From Sphaerodactylus townsendi (Eukaryota): DNA of 64,000 nt. Numbering within the stretch: the stretch's first letter is position 1; every line of letters starts with the position of its first letter. Below the pieces are notes generated by a model. That model searched no databases, was not told the origin of the DNA, and was given only the letters and a program-made list of their open reading frames with translations. The stretch covers positions 80,290,001 to 80,354,000 of the forward strand of contig NC_059428.1 in assembly GCF_021028975.2 (NCBI RefSeq), in the 5' to 3' direction. Below are positions 1 to 11,310 of this stretch, piece by piece. The translations under genes were made by a program, and so were the position numbers.

Positions 1-649
1 ATTACAAAAAAATTGGCTTGGAAAATACAAAATTTGTGGATTTAAAGTCATTACAGATTGAAAAGTACCTAATTGTGGCAACAACTGGCAGTGATGAGGG
101 GGTCTTGGATTGATCTAAAAACATTTGAGATATCCTTTGGTAAAAGCAAAAGACTAGGTATGCTGAGCTCAGTTTGGGCTGAGATTTGCTAGAAGATTTT
201 CAGCTCTTACTGTATTTTTAAGACTGCTCTTACTGGACCATGAGAATAAGAGTCAGTTATCTCAAGCTTCTAATAAACAACCATTTGCTGGAATCATGTT
301 GTCATTTGTGAATTAAGGAGAAATGCTTTGATTCAATGCTGCCTTCCTAAGGATTTTTAGGTGAAGCTATACTAAAATTTATCATTATTCAGTCTGAGAC
401 AGTTTCATACCTATCATAACATAGCTGCTTCTCACTGACAGTTGGGAACAGATGCAGCTAATATCTTTAAAAGTAAACAATCATTCTTTTGAGTCTTGCT
501 GATAACCCCTATTCATCCGATTGAAAAAACTTTATTTACTCAGAAACATTGCTGCCACTTACTGGAATAGAGATAATCTATTCAGCTTCAGTCAGTTTCC
601 CTGAAAATAAGCATATTTGAACATGAAGGAGAATTTTAAGCACTTGAAA

Positions 650-1400
650 CAAATTCAGTGAATTAAATTTTAATATCAGAGAACATTTAAAGAATCACCT
701 GCAGACTATAAGACAGGAATCTGTTTATATTTAATACTTTAAATCTGTTTATATTTAATGGAAAACTCCAGAAGAATGTCCCCCAAGACACAGACCCAAT
801 TGGATTTTTTAGCCAAGTAAACTATCAACAACCAGATCCTAAAAAAGAATTTGTTGAGAATCAATCTATGAAAACATATTCCAGTTAATGAAGATCTTTT
901 CGATGTTGAGCGGACCTATAAAGAACTATAAGTAGAAAGGGAGAATTATATACTAATCTTCCAAGACCTACCAAACACACTTCTGATGAAAAGTGAGTTT
1001 AACTCTTCAAGACATGTTCCTTTCATAGAAGAAAAAGAATATAATTGGGAAATTTTACTCACCTTAGAAAGGCTCCTAGATACAGAGAAAATAATTTTAA
1101 AAACTATACATCAAGCAAAATAATTGGCAACACATCTTACAGAAGAAGACTCCAAGAATTACTTCAGAGAAAATCTACCAAAAATTATAAAAGGTCAATC
1201 CCTCAGGAAATTGCAAGAAAATGGATAGACTCTTCCAATATTTTAAGAACATTCTGTGGAGGAAAAAAAAGATATTTTAATTATCATTCACCAGATTGTA
1301 AGAAAAAGAACTATGAACAATCAAGTTTATGCTGGGAATGCTGTGAGAAATCTGTTATATTTTTGGTAGGTTGGAAGATATAAAATATATGGATATTATT
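650..1400 (+). mobile_element. Highly decayed L1-like remnant (ORF1 C-terminal part plus possible ORF2 Cys-rich tail)
   Basis: Around 900-1010 the sequence translates as FDVERTYK...ILIFQDLPNTLLMK, resembling the L1 ORF1p IxIFQDL motif. CWECC at ~1330 resembles the L1 ORF2 C-terminal CWxC. Many stops and frameshifts; boundaries approximate. Confidence 0.4.
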
Positions 1401-1523
1401 TATTCTGAGAAGTTAAAATACCATATAGATAATGATATATAATTTTAATACGAACTAACTATATGAGTATGATAGTCGAAAGGAACTGCCAAATTTATGT
1501 GCTAAGTCTTTTTTCTTCTCCTT

Positions 1524-1659
1524 GAGCACTTTTGCACATGCAGAATAATGCACTTTCAATCCACTTTCACAATTGCGTGTGAATTTTGCTATTTTGCACT
1601 GTAAAATTCAGCTGCAAAGTGGATTGAAAGTGCATTATTCTGCATGTGTGAAAGTGCCC
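1524..1659. mobile_element. Palindromic PIF/Harbinger-like MITE
   Basis: Long terminal inverted repeats: GCACTTTTGCACATGCAGAATAATGCACTTTCAATCCACTTT versus AAAGTGGATTGAAAGTGCATTATTCTGCATGTGTGAAAGTGC. A related copy lies at 50601-50741. Confidence 0.75.
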
Positions 1660-2362
1660 TTAATCTTTATTATATTATTTAGAAAAGCATTTGGCATTTT
1701 TAAAAAATATGTTTATATCTTACCAATATGATTTTGATGTTTAATAGTACAACTTAATGTATACCCTCTTTAATACATATAATTTTAATATGAATCTATT
1801 TACTAACTATAGCAGGTGTAATTGATGTCTCTATTTGAAAGTTAAAAAGAGTTCCCACTTAAAAGAACTGAGAAGTTACAGTGAGAGAAAACTTTTGTAT
1901 GACAAAAACAAATTGAATAGAAGTATAGAATATAACTAAAAGTGAATGAAGAGCCCTGCTTTAAATATTATAGCAGATAAAGTAGTTTTAAGTTTTATTA
2001 ATATCATTTTATTTTTTATTAATATCATTTTAATGTACAAAATAAATGTTGTATTAATATTGATTAAACATTAATGATGTTTTATCAATATCATTTTAAT
2101 GTACAAAAGAAAAAATCAATGTTTATTTTTCAATAAGCATGTCAGTATGAAAGGATTGTGAAATTCATATATCAAGCTTGCTTTTTTCTTTTTTAATTAT
2201 ACTTTGAATTGTCTAACTAGTTGTTAATGTAAATTCATTTAATTTCTCTCTCTTTCTTCCTTTCCCTTTTTTGTATTTGTTTCTATTTGTATTTGTGGAA
2301 AATTAATTTAAAATATTTTTAAAGCAATAAGAGATAAAAGAATATGTTAAAAGAAGCCTAAC

Positions 2363-2795
2363 ATAGTGGTGGCGCAGGGGAGAGAGTAGAGGTATAGCTG
2401 GGCCATATTGTGCCTGTTGCACACTCTGCGTTTTCTGCCGCCCCCCCCCCCTGCCCCCCATACACACACACTAACCTTAGTTCAGTCTGAAAGTGCAGGC
2501 TGGAAAAAGCGGCCTGTTCATTTGAGGCTGAAAACAGCTTGGTGGGAACTACACTTCCCACAAGACCTTGGGGCTCGCAAGGTCTCATGGGAAGTGTAGT
2601 TCCCATCAGACCATTTTCAGTCTTAAGTGAACAGGCTGCTTTTCCAGCCTGCACTTTCAGGCTGAATTAAGGCAAGTGTGGGGAGAGCTGCCAGGGAGGG
2701 CCTCATGGATGGGATGTAAGGCAATTTTCTGCCCCCCCCCCCAGGGAAGTGCCTGGTGCAATGTGCACCCCACCCCACCCCCTGGTAGCTCTGCC
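2363..2795. mobile_element. GC-rich non-autonomous DNA transposon-like element with a ~200-bp internal hairpin
   Basis: GC-rich block in AT-rich flanks. Near-perfect inverted repeat spanning 2475-2672, centred on GGGGCTCG. Outer boundaries approximate. Confidence 0.55.
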
Positions 2796-3559
2796 TCTGG
2801 GAGAGAGAGAGATTCACTCTGAATAATTGCCAGTTTGTCAGAGGGAAATATGAACATAAGAACAGCTAATATAGAGAAATGTAATTAAGTACCAAAAACA
2901 TCCCAAAGAAAGCTAATAGAACTTTTTATCTCACAAGAAGACATCTCTGACCTGATCCTTCTTACTCATTATGTACATAGGCACTTTTGAGGATATTAAA
3001 GAATCATAGTGCAGAAGACAAGCAGCAATGGTCTTTTTGCAAATTTTCATCTTGACTAACTAAATAGCGTACATAAATATTCATATAATGGAGTGCTGCA
3101 TGCTTCCTCTTGATAAAGTTGATAATAAAATAATTACTATTAATACTATTATTAATAATTGATATTAATAAAAACTCAAGATGTTGTACACTATAAAATA
3201 TATAACTCTTTCTGTTCCCATGTGGGGGTGCGGATTATGCTATCCATATTATCAACTTCTTGGTGCCTTTTTCACCAGAACTGTCTTTTTCTGTTCCTTA
3301 CATGTCTTCAATAAAATCCTTAAAAACTCACAAGCATTTTATTGTCTGAGCAGGGGACTGACAGTCAGTGAAGGAGCATTTACCCATTTCTAATAGCAGT
3401 ATGGCATTTGAAACATAATTTGGTACACTTTAAAAAGTATCGGGTCATAGGTTACATAAAAGACTTCAACCTGATACTCTGAAAAGTCATTGCAAGTCTA
3501 AGGAAACAGTATTGACCTTGAAGAACCAATGGTCTGATTCAGAATAAGGCAGATTTATG

Positions 3560-4460
3560 TAGACATTTTAGGAGTGTAGGAACCTTCCTGACAACCTGAA
3601 GCAAACCATTCCACATCACGGGTGCCACTACAGAAAAGGAACATTTATGAACTGCTGTTGATCTCTGTGTCTGCAGGGTGATACCTACAGGTCAGATGAG
3701 TGAGACTGTCAAACTGGGCACAGTGAAGAAGTTGTCTTGCAAATATGAGGGCCCAAGACCATGAAAGGCTTTTTACATGATAGTCAGTGCTTTGAACTGA
3801 GTTTGGTAACTGATGGACAGCCAATGGAGTACATTTATAACTAGTGTAAAATGCATGCTCTGCCTATGTTCCAATAATAACCAAACTGCAGCATTCTACA
3901 TCAGCTAGAATCTCCACTTTTTAAAAAGGAAACCTATATAGATTGAATTAGTGATCTAGTCTTAATGGATCCAAGAGGCAAAATCATCAAGGTCAAGGCA
4001 AGTTGCCATCTTCTGAGCTAAACTGAGTTGAAGATTTTTAAAAAGTGTTTTGTTTTGTTCTGATTTGCTTTGCTTTTTGCCACTGCTTTTTGCTATTAAC
4101 ATACTAATCCAGCAATAATACTGAGTCCACGATAATTCATAAACTCTTACCTGATTCAGTAAGGGTCAGCTGAATATCAAAAGTTGGAAGCATGATGTCG
4201 TTCAATACCACAGCCATCCCAACCAGAATTGCTTCTGCACAGTCTGAGTTCAGTTTCAATTTGCTCACTTTCAGCCTTTTAACCACAGCAGTGAGATAAT
4301 GCCTCAAGACCTCTATGTATTGCCAGGGGATTTAGATGTAAAGTTAAGGAGCTGGTTCTTATCACTATATTGATGACATCCAATTCTAAATCTATGAATG
4401 ATTTCTCCTAATAGCATGGGGAATAAGATTGCACCCTGTGGAACCCCACAGCATAACGTA
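3560..4460 (-). mobile_element. Decayed L2-clade LINE fragment (RT and 3' region)
   Basis: ORF 4313-4546 contains CGVPQGAILFPML...CHQYSDKNQL, the L2 GVPQGxILxP and YADDTQL motifs in decayed form. Confidence 0.75.
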
Positions 4461-4689
4461 TTAGACATAATATGTGAAATAATGCAGGAAATAGTATTAT
4501 ATAAGTAGAAAACAATGCAGTGAGAGAAAGACAGTACATATAGCAAACAGATAATACTACCACATGCCTTTAGATTTCAAAGAGGACATTCGTTTGATAC
4601 AGAAACAGGATACTTTACTATCTGGTTCTGAATGTAACCAGTGCCCTCTGAAAGTATTTGTGAAGTTACCTTTCCTTATTATTATTATA

Positions 4690-4875
4690 GATTTCACAGC
4701 TACCATGTCTTTAGCTGATTGTTGGCCTTTCATTACAATTCGAGCCTCACCCAGTGGCCTAGGAAGTTGTAATGTATCGGCGTAGTATTCATGCGGATCC
4801 CAGCAGGGCTGCCTTCTGAATTTGACAGATGTTAATTTTGTCAATTCAAAGATGTTTCAAGTGCTGCCCTAGTTG
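4690..4875 (-). mobile_element. Dong/R4-clade LINE 3' end (5'-truncated)
   Basis: Minus strand reads LGQHLKHL*IDKINICQIQKAALLGSA*ILRRY, an R4/Dong C-terminus. Flanked by (ATT)n and (GTT)n microsatellites. Confidence 0.75.
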
Positions 4876-4924
4876 TTGTTGTTGTTCTTATTAATTTAAT
4901 ATCACAGCTGCCAGTTCTTTAGTT

Positions 4925-5421
4925 TGTTGTTGTTGGCCTTTCATTACAACTCGAGCCTCACCCAGAGGCCTAGGATGTTGTAATCTATCAGCATAGTATT
5001 CATCAGATCCCAGCAGGGCTACCTTTTGAATCCAATAGATTTTGATTTTGTCAATTTGAAGGTGTTTCAAGTGCAGCTCTAGTGTTTTTTGAATGGCATC
5101 CAGGGTGCAGATTACTGGTGAGACTACCTCAATTGCACACTATACTTCTGTCTTTTTGATGGTTGGTCCCCTTGTAGCCCACATGTCAACACATGCCCAG
5201 GGACTTCAGCATGAAATGCAGCTCTTGTTAACCTGCACAATGACCAATGTAGTATAGGATTCTTTTGTATTTGTTTCACCATATTGTATGGGTTGGTGAA
5301 CACTCTTAATCTGGTTTATCGGTCAAGACCTGTCTGGCTTCAGAGACCCTTCTGGTAAAATACACGACCTCCAGCATTGCTCTCAAAGTCATCCTCATGA
5401 CCAGGGAGTGTCTGTGAGGGG
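4925..5421 (-). mobile_element. Internally deleted Dong/R4 element retaining both 5' leader and 3' end
   Basis: 4925-5130 repeats the R4 3' end seen at 4690-4875. 5250-5421 is homologous to the R4 5' region at 7690-7746 and 8201-8330. Ends in (ATT)n. Confidence 0.7.
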
Positions 5422-6282
5422 ATTATTATTATTTTGTTTTTTCCCCTGCCCCTTACTACAGTCTCAGGGCTGTATTATCCTTCACCTAGATAAGGGGAAA
5501 ACATAGTCAAAGGAATGAATCTTGGAAGACTTGCTCCCTGAAGCTTTATCATTTCTGTGATCCAGATATGCATGTGACTACTCTGACATTACAAGAATGC
5601 CAAATGGTTGGTCATTTTTCTTCTGCTCTGCATGATGAAAAAAGAAATGTCAGATAAGTTTTCAGCAGCAATATTTAATCTAAAGAATGGTTAGAGCAAA
5701 AGTGAAGACCAATATTGAAATCAAGATTGTATACAAGGAAAGAAAGATGGTATTCCTGTGGTGTAAAGAAGAGTTAGAGGAGGTGAGTGGAAATGGGATT
5801 TTTCTGCCTAATATATTACTATTTGGGATGGAGGAGAGAATGCATTGATTCATACCTACCACTGGGCTCTCCTCAATGACATATCAGCATGAAGTCTAGC
5901 ACCTACTGGTTAATAGACATTTCCAATAAGATCAATACAGGCTCATCACACAGCTGGCAATATTAAGCATCTTTTCATGGTTGAGCATGTAGTGTTGAGA
6001 TTCTGCCTTAGTTACCTAATTCTCACCTCATGGTTTTTGATGACACAGCTCTAATGTGGTTTTGAATGTGAATAATAATAGATAGGAAAAGACTATGTAC
6101 ATGAACTTCCTGACACTTCTCAGGAGTTTGGTTCTGCATTCAATCTTAAAATACATTTGCCATAAATATATGAAGGTGACTACAAGAAGGCAAAGAAGGG
6201 TAATAAATACAGTGCAAGAACACATTGTATGTACTATGATGCTAGATATGTACTATGACACTATGATATTGTACAGTCACAA

Positions 6283-6490
6283 TACCAGTGTGTTAGATAA
6301 GAAGCTAGATTAGAATATCCCAGACCAAATCTCCATTCTGCCATAAGGTTCACTGGGTGGCCTTGAACCAGTGGCACGCTCTCGCTCTCTCTCTCACACA
6401 CACACACACTTAACTCACAGGTTTATTGTAAGAATAAAATGAAGGGCAGAACCATTCCAGCATCCAAGAGAAGGTTGGATTAAGTACTAG
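6283..6490 (+). mobile_element. Decayed tRNA/CORE-type SINE
   Basis: Contains CTGCCATAAGGTTCACTGGGTGGCCTTGAACCAGT...CTCACAGGTTTATTGTAAGAATAAAATG, a core similar to copies at ~46104-46207/47105-47205 and ~54385-54560. Confidence 0.55.
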
Positions 6491-7489
6491 ATAAATATTA
6501 AGATACATGTACTTATTTTACATGCTGCATATAAGCTCAACAATTCCTTCATGTTTTATTTTTTCTTATCAAGTAACAAATGAAGACAATTTCACAAAAG
6601 TGACTTGTCTTCACTTGAAATTTTAAAGAGGAAAATTCCCTTGCTTATGTTAATAAGGACTGGAAGCCTGGTTTAGATAAATGTAGCATTTCATCATGTT
6701 GACACACACTTTGTAATTTTTCTGTTTGTTTTCATGTCCAAGTAGTAGAAAGTACCATAAAGCATGGTTTAATGCATGTGCCAGACAAAGAATCACCCAG
6801 AGGATTCTAAGAATTTTCTATGTTCTTAATGATGGAAGCTGCATGGAACAAACCAAGGTAAAGCTAAGTACATGAAAGCAAAGCCAAACAATATTTGAAC
6901 TTCTCTACTTCATAAACAGCATTCATATGGGATGATCACAAATTTTCCCTTAGGAAGATTTTCAAATGCTTTGGAGATTTGTATTTTGTAATGCATTGAA
7001 TATTTTCTTCTGCATTTCTTCGGTTTACCGTCCATTGCTTGGTGTGACTCCCCTCTACCCCCAGCTTTGTTGATCTAGTTTTCCTTAACAGAACAAATAA
7101 TGTTCTCTGAAGAAACTGAGAAGAACCCACAATTCACATCTAACTATTACACAAGACAGAAACCTCAGCTTAACCTGTCTATTCCATAATAATAAGGATA
7201 GATATAAGAATGTCTTGGATGGAAGAGAGAGCACAGCATTATGTTGAAAGACTGTGATCTCTTGCCAAGGACAGAGGAGAAAGGGAACTGGTTGGTTTCC
7301 TCTGAGAGATAAGTACAGTGAGAAGTCATAAGAAAAGACAGCTGAGAGCATACCCTGAGAGAACTGAAGAAGTGACTGTTGTAATACCAATCTGAGCTGG
7401 AGTGCAGCAGTCTGAGAAAACTGCAGCTACAAGAATTGACATTTGTGAGAAGTTGCCTAGTTTCTGGTGTACCCCCACCCTATTTTACT

Positions 7490-8117
7490 AGCACTTCACT
7501 TTCTTCATCTCATGTTTCTGGACTATATACAGTTCTTTCTTCTGGTGTTACAAGTGATTTTTTTCCCCACAATTTTTCTGAATTTCTTCCAATCTCTCTA
7601 AACACTTTATTCCATACAATGAATCACCTTTGGACTGCCAGTCTTTGCTTAGTAATATTCTAATCTGGATGCTGTTGATTGCCAATGCAGTATGGAATTA
7701 TTTTGTGTTTGTTTCACCATATTGTATGGGTTGGTGGACACTCTTAGACCCTTTCCTCAAGGAAAAAGTAATGCGGGGCACAGCCAGGATAGATCAGCCT
7801 GGTGCAGCCCCAGGTCATTCACATGCCTCCGTGCGGGCAGCCCCAGAACCAACGCAGCTGGGTGATGCACTTTTGCATGGAGGTGCATCTGTTGTGACTG
7901 TCCCTGGCCCTCTCCACTACGTTGCAACATATGACCCCCACAGCCATACAGCTACACAGGAGAGGGGAGGAAACAATAGAGTCGTGTCAAAGTAACACGC
8001 CTCCCATGAGGGGCCATTCACTCAGCAGTGGCTCCAACCCAGGCTTCCTAAAAAGAATTGCGATTCTCATTTAAACCAGATTGGAGCAGGTAACGCAGGG
8101 ACGGGAACCATGCAAAG

Positions 8118-8150
<33 letters not shown>

Positions 8151-8330
8151 AGTTTAAACCCGTGGGTAACCTGCATTTACTGGCCTGTGCAGAAAGTGCC
8201 TTAGTTTGGTTCCTTGGTTGAGACCTGTCTGGCTTGGGATACCATTCTGGTAGCATGCCTTCAGCATAGCTCTCAATGTCATAGAAGCACCCAAGCCCCT
8301 TTTCCACGACAAGGGGGTTTCCATGATAGG
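7490..8330 (-). mobile_element. Dong/R4 LINE 5' portion (leader and ORF N-terminus), interrupted by a Harbinger MITE
   Basis: Minus translation near 7570-7680 reads HPD*NITKQRLAVQR*FIVWNKVF, resembling the R4 N-terminal EQRLADQxRxI motif. The 5' leader CCCCTTGTCGTGGAAAAGGGGCTTG abuts an (ATG/ATA)n microsatellite. Confidence 0.65.
7747..8200. mobile_element. PIF/Harbinger-like MITE with TTA target-site duplication
   Basis: TTA|GACCCTTTCC...GCAGAAAGTGCC|TTA. The paralogous R4 copy shows the empty site ACACTCTTAATCTGG at 5300-5314. Confidence 0.75.
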
Positions 8331-8449
8331 ATGATAATGATGATATTTGTTTGCATTGCTTTCCAGCTCTTCAATTCTAGCCCACTGCATTGTTTTATTT
8401 ATTAAAGATCTATGCTGATTGTCTAAATTTAATTTCATATTAATTTCAT

Positions 8450-9240
8450 ATCCTTGTATAAGCTCCTCTGTATTATTTTCACTTATGATGTCTGAGGCTG
8501 TGCTAATAGTGTCTGTCCTTCTGAAGACTGGGGCCTACTTCTGGTGATTACATTTACTGGCTTAATCTGATTTATCATTGCCCAGTAAAATAGATACCTC
8601 TCTTTTCCCAGGACTCCCAGACTCCCATTTTCCCTGGAAGTCTTTGTACTTAGGAATTTCTGCCAGTTTCACTTCAAACACATGCCCACTAATCCCTAAT
8701 ATGATAGGATCAGCCTGGCAAATACTGGTCTTTCTGTACCAGATGGGATTTAATTAAAGTGACTTCTGCCCCAAGCCTACCAACTCTTCATCATTTATTG
8801 CTACAGCATCCACATAGTCCTTGTTTAGATCATCTTTAACTTTCCAGATATGCAAGATTTTGGCTGGTCTCTCAGGTTGGCTCTCCTCAGCTTGAACAGG
8901 GATTGTTGGTTTGGTTTGTGACAGGATCTGCCTTTTTAATAAATTTGACAGATTTGGCAGAAGTTGGTGTTCTGGCTTTCTTTAACTTTGGACAATGGAA
9001 TTTTATATGTCCCTCTTCTTGGCAGTAATAACTAGTGATCCCTCCCTTTCTGCTATGTGAGGGAAAGTTCTGCCTCACAGGGTTGGTTTCTGATGGATCA
9101 AACTTCTCTGAGAGGCCCCAAACTTTACTTTTCTTGCTAGGTATTAAGAATATGAACCCGCCCATGTCCCCTTCTATTTCATCATGGTTTATTCCACTGT
9201 TTTTGCTTTTTGTCACTCAAGAACCAACTAAATTGTGAGG
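8450..9240 (-). mobile_element. Gypsy LTR-retrotransposon gag/protease remnant (Gmr1-like)
   Basis: Zinc knuckle SYYCQEEGHIKFHC (first Cys lost), followed by protease-like GAEVTLIKSHLV...GISG...ILLGND. Confidence 0.65.
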
Positions 9241-9369
9241 CAACATGCTTATACAGCAGTTTCAAACCTACTAGACTTTTAAAGTTCTTCATAAGTTTGA
9301 ATTGTATTTCACTCAATCCACCTAGTCAAAGCTCTATCTAGGCAGAATCCTAATTAGGCATAGAGCTAG

Positions 9370-10083
9370 AATTGCTGGTGTGCTGCAGACAGGCAGGGCA
9401 TGATCAGGTCCAGTCTCGCAGGACAGAACAGGCGGCAGACAAGGGAGTAGTCAGAAGACAGTCCAACGTGTCAAGGCAGGCGGCAGGCAAAGGCTTGGTC
9501 ACTGATCAGTTCAACAGGCATGGCACAGGAGATCAGGTAAACAGACTGGGAATCAGCAGTAGGCCAGCAGTAGGCACACAGAATCAGCAGTAGGCACACG
9601 GAGGCAACAGGAAACATACTTGTTGCACCCAGGCAGAAGCAAGCTCACAGCAAAGCTTATATAGAAAACTTTGTCCAAGGAATTGGGATTCTGCAAGGAG
9701 TTAATCCTCATCAGATACAGATACTTCTATCTTTCCATATCTTGCTGCAATATAAGCACTCCTCTTTTGCTTCTGCAGCAGCTGCCCTCTGCTTCTGCCT
9801 CCTGTGCACAGCTGACTCATTACTTGGCCTTGCTGGCAGGGGCTGATGGGAATTGTAATTCATGAACATCTGGAGTGCCATAGGTTCGCCACCAGGGCCC
9901 TAGGAGGATCTGCAGGCTCCTCCACCTGAATGTCATTAGGCAGGAAAGGTCTAGGAGTTGGATCTGCTGCCTGGTCTTCCTCAGGAGCAGCCAACTCTGA
10001 CTGCACCGTGTTGTCAGGTTCTGCCTCACAGTGCTCTGTATTCTGGTATATACCCAGATGGATCAAACAGATGGCTCATGACA
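9370..10083. mobile_element. Probable Gypsy solo-LTR-like sequence containing half of a hAT MITE
   Basis: Ends in ...GGCTCATGACA (TG...CA-type terminus) and has repetitive CAGGCAG-rich content. 9825-9897 matches the right arm of the MITE at 14691-14836. Confidence 0.45.
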
Positions 10084-10089
10084 CCTGGG

Positions 10090-11310
10090 TAGGATGAAGG
10101 GTTTTTGGACAAATCAGTGTAAGCCAGAACCTCCAGAAGTGTTGAACCAACTGCTTACTTCTTCAGAGACTAGTACCACAGGGGGGAAATGCAGTAAAAA
10201 TAGGAGTACCACTATTCCTATTTTGCAATTAGGTTTATTGAGACCAGTGAAAACAAATCACAGTGAATAATTTGTGGCAAAGTTTTGCCAAACCGTGCAA
10301 TGTTCCCTGAAAAAATGTGCCATCATTTTGAGGGGGTCCATCCAGAATGCAAGGGCAAACCAACTGATTTCTTCAGAAGGAAGTACAGTGAACTTACAAA
10401 AGCTCAGAAAATTATATTCTATCACTTAAAAAGAGTTAACGAAAAGGCTTTGATGGCATCCTGCTATGTCAGTTACTGAGGTGCTCAAGCTGGCAAACCC
10501 CATACCATTGCTGAAAATCTTATCAAACCTTGCATAAAAGATATAATTGAATGTATGTTGGATGGAAAAGTGATGGAACTATTAGGCATCGTTCCTTTGT
10601 CAAATGACCCAATTGTGTGATGAATTGGGGACTTAGCAGAGACATGAAAACTACTTTACTGTCATGGATACAATACATTAAATTTTCATTCCAAATGGAT
10701 AAATCAACAGATTTGGCCATGTTGTAAGTTTTAATAGTATTTAATAGTACCAGTACTTGGAGTCTTTTCAAGAGGATCTGCTTCTCTGCAAGCCATTAGT
10801 GACTGTGGTGCTGAAATTTTCAAATACATACATGATTTTTTCACAATGAATGGCATTCTATGGGATAACTGTGTTGATGTGTGCACAGCCAGTGCAAAGG
10901 CCATGACTGGAAAGACATCTGGTGTAATCTCAAGAATAAAACAAAAAGTCAAGGAGTGAAGCAGTAGCTACTGCTTTCTCTGGGATGGCTTTCTCATGGC
11001 AAAACTTTGACTCAGCTCTTCAAAATTAAAACTGAAGTCAACTTCCTGATTGAAAACAACTTCACTTTGGGAGACAGGTTGTATGAGTTGGCTTATAAAA
11101 TTGGTGTATTTCGCAGATTTTTTTTAAAAAAAGTTAATGATTAGATTCTTTCACTTCCAGGAAAACAGTAAGTGTTTTTTATGCCAGTGATAAAAGTATA
11201 AGTGTTCAAAAAGAAAATCAAGTTTTGGGTGGAATCAATAAAACATGGAAATCGAGACAGCTTTCCAATGTTAAAAGAATTTAGAGAAGAACTAGATTCT
11301 GATATACCTA
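10090..11310 (+). pseudogene. hAT (Buster/Charlie; ZBED5/SCAND3-like) transposase remnant
   Basis: Reads MFPEKMCHHFEGVHPECKGKPTDFFRRK...NEKALMASCYVSY, then AGKPHTIAENLIKPC, FSFQMDKSTD and WDNCVDVCTASAKAMTG, typical Buster-type transposase blocks. Many stops and frameshifts. Confidence 0.85.

Noticed and set aside
7085-7440. Possible solo LTR (similar candidates at ~11450-11900 and ~41480-41950)
   Set aside because: LTR-like texture only; termini and TSD could not be defined.
10090-11310. Domesticated ZBED5/SCAND3-type host gene
   Set aside because: Numerous stops and frameshifts; it is a dead transposon copy.
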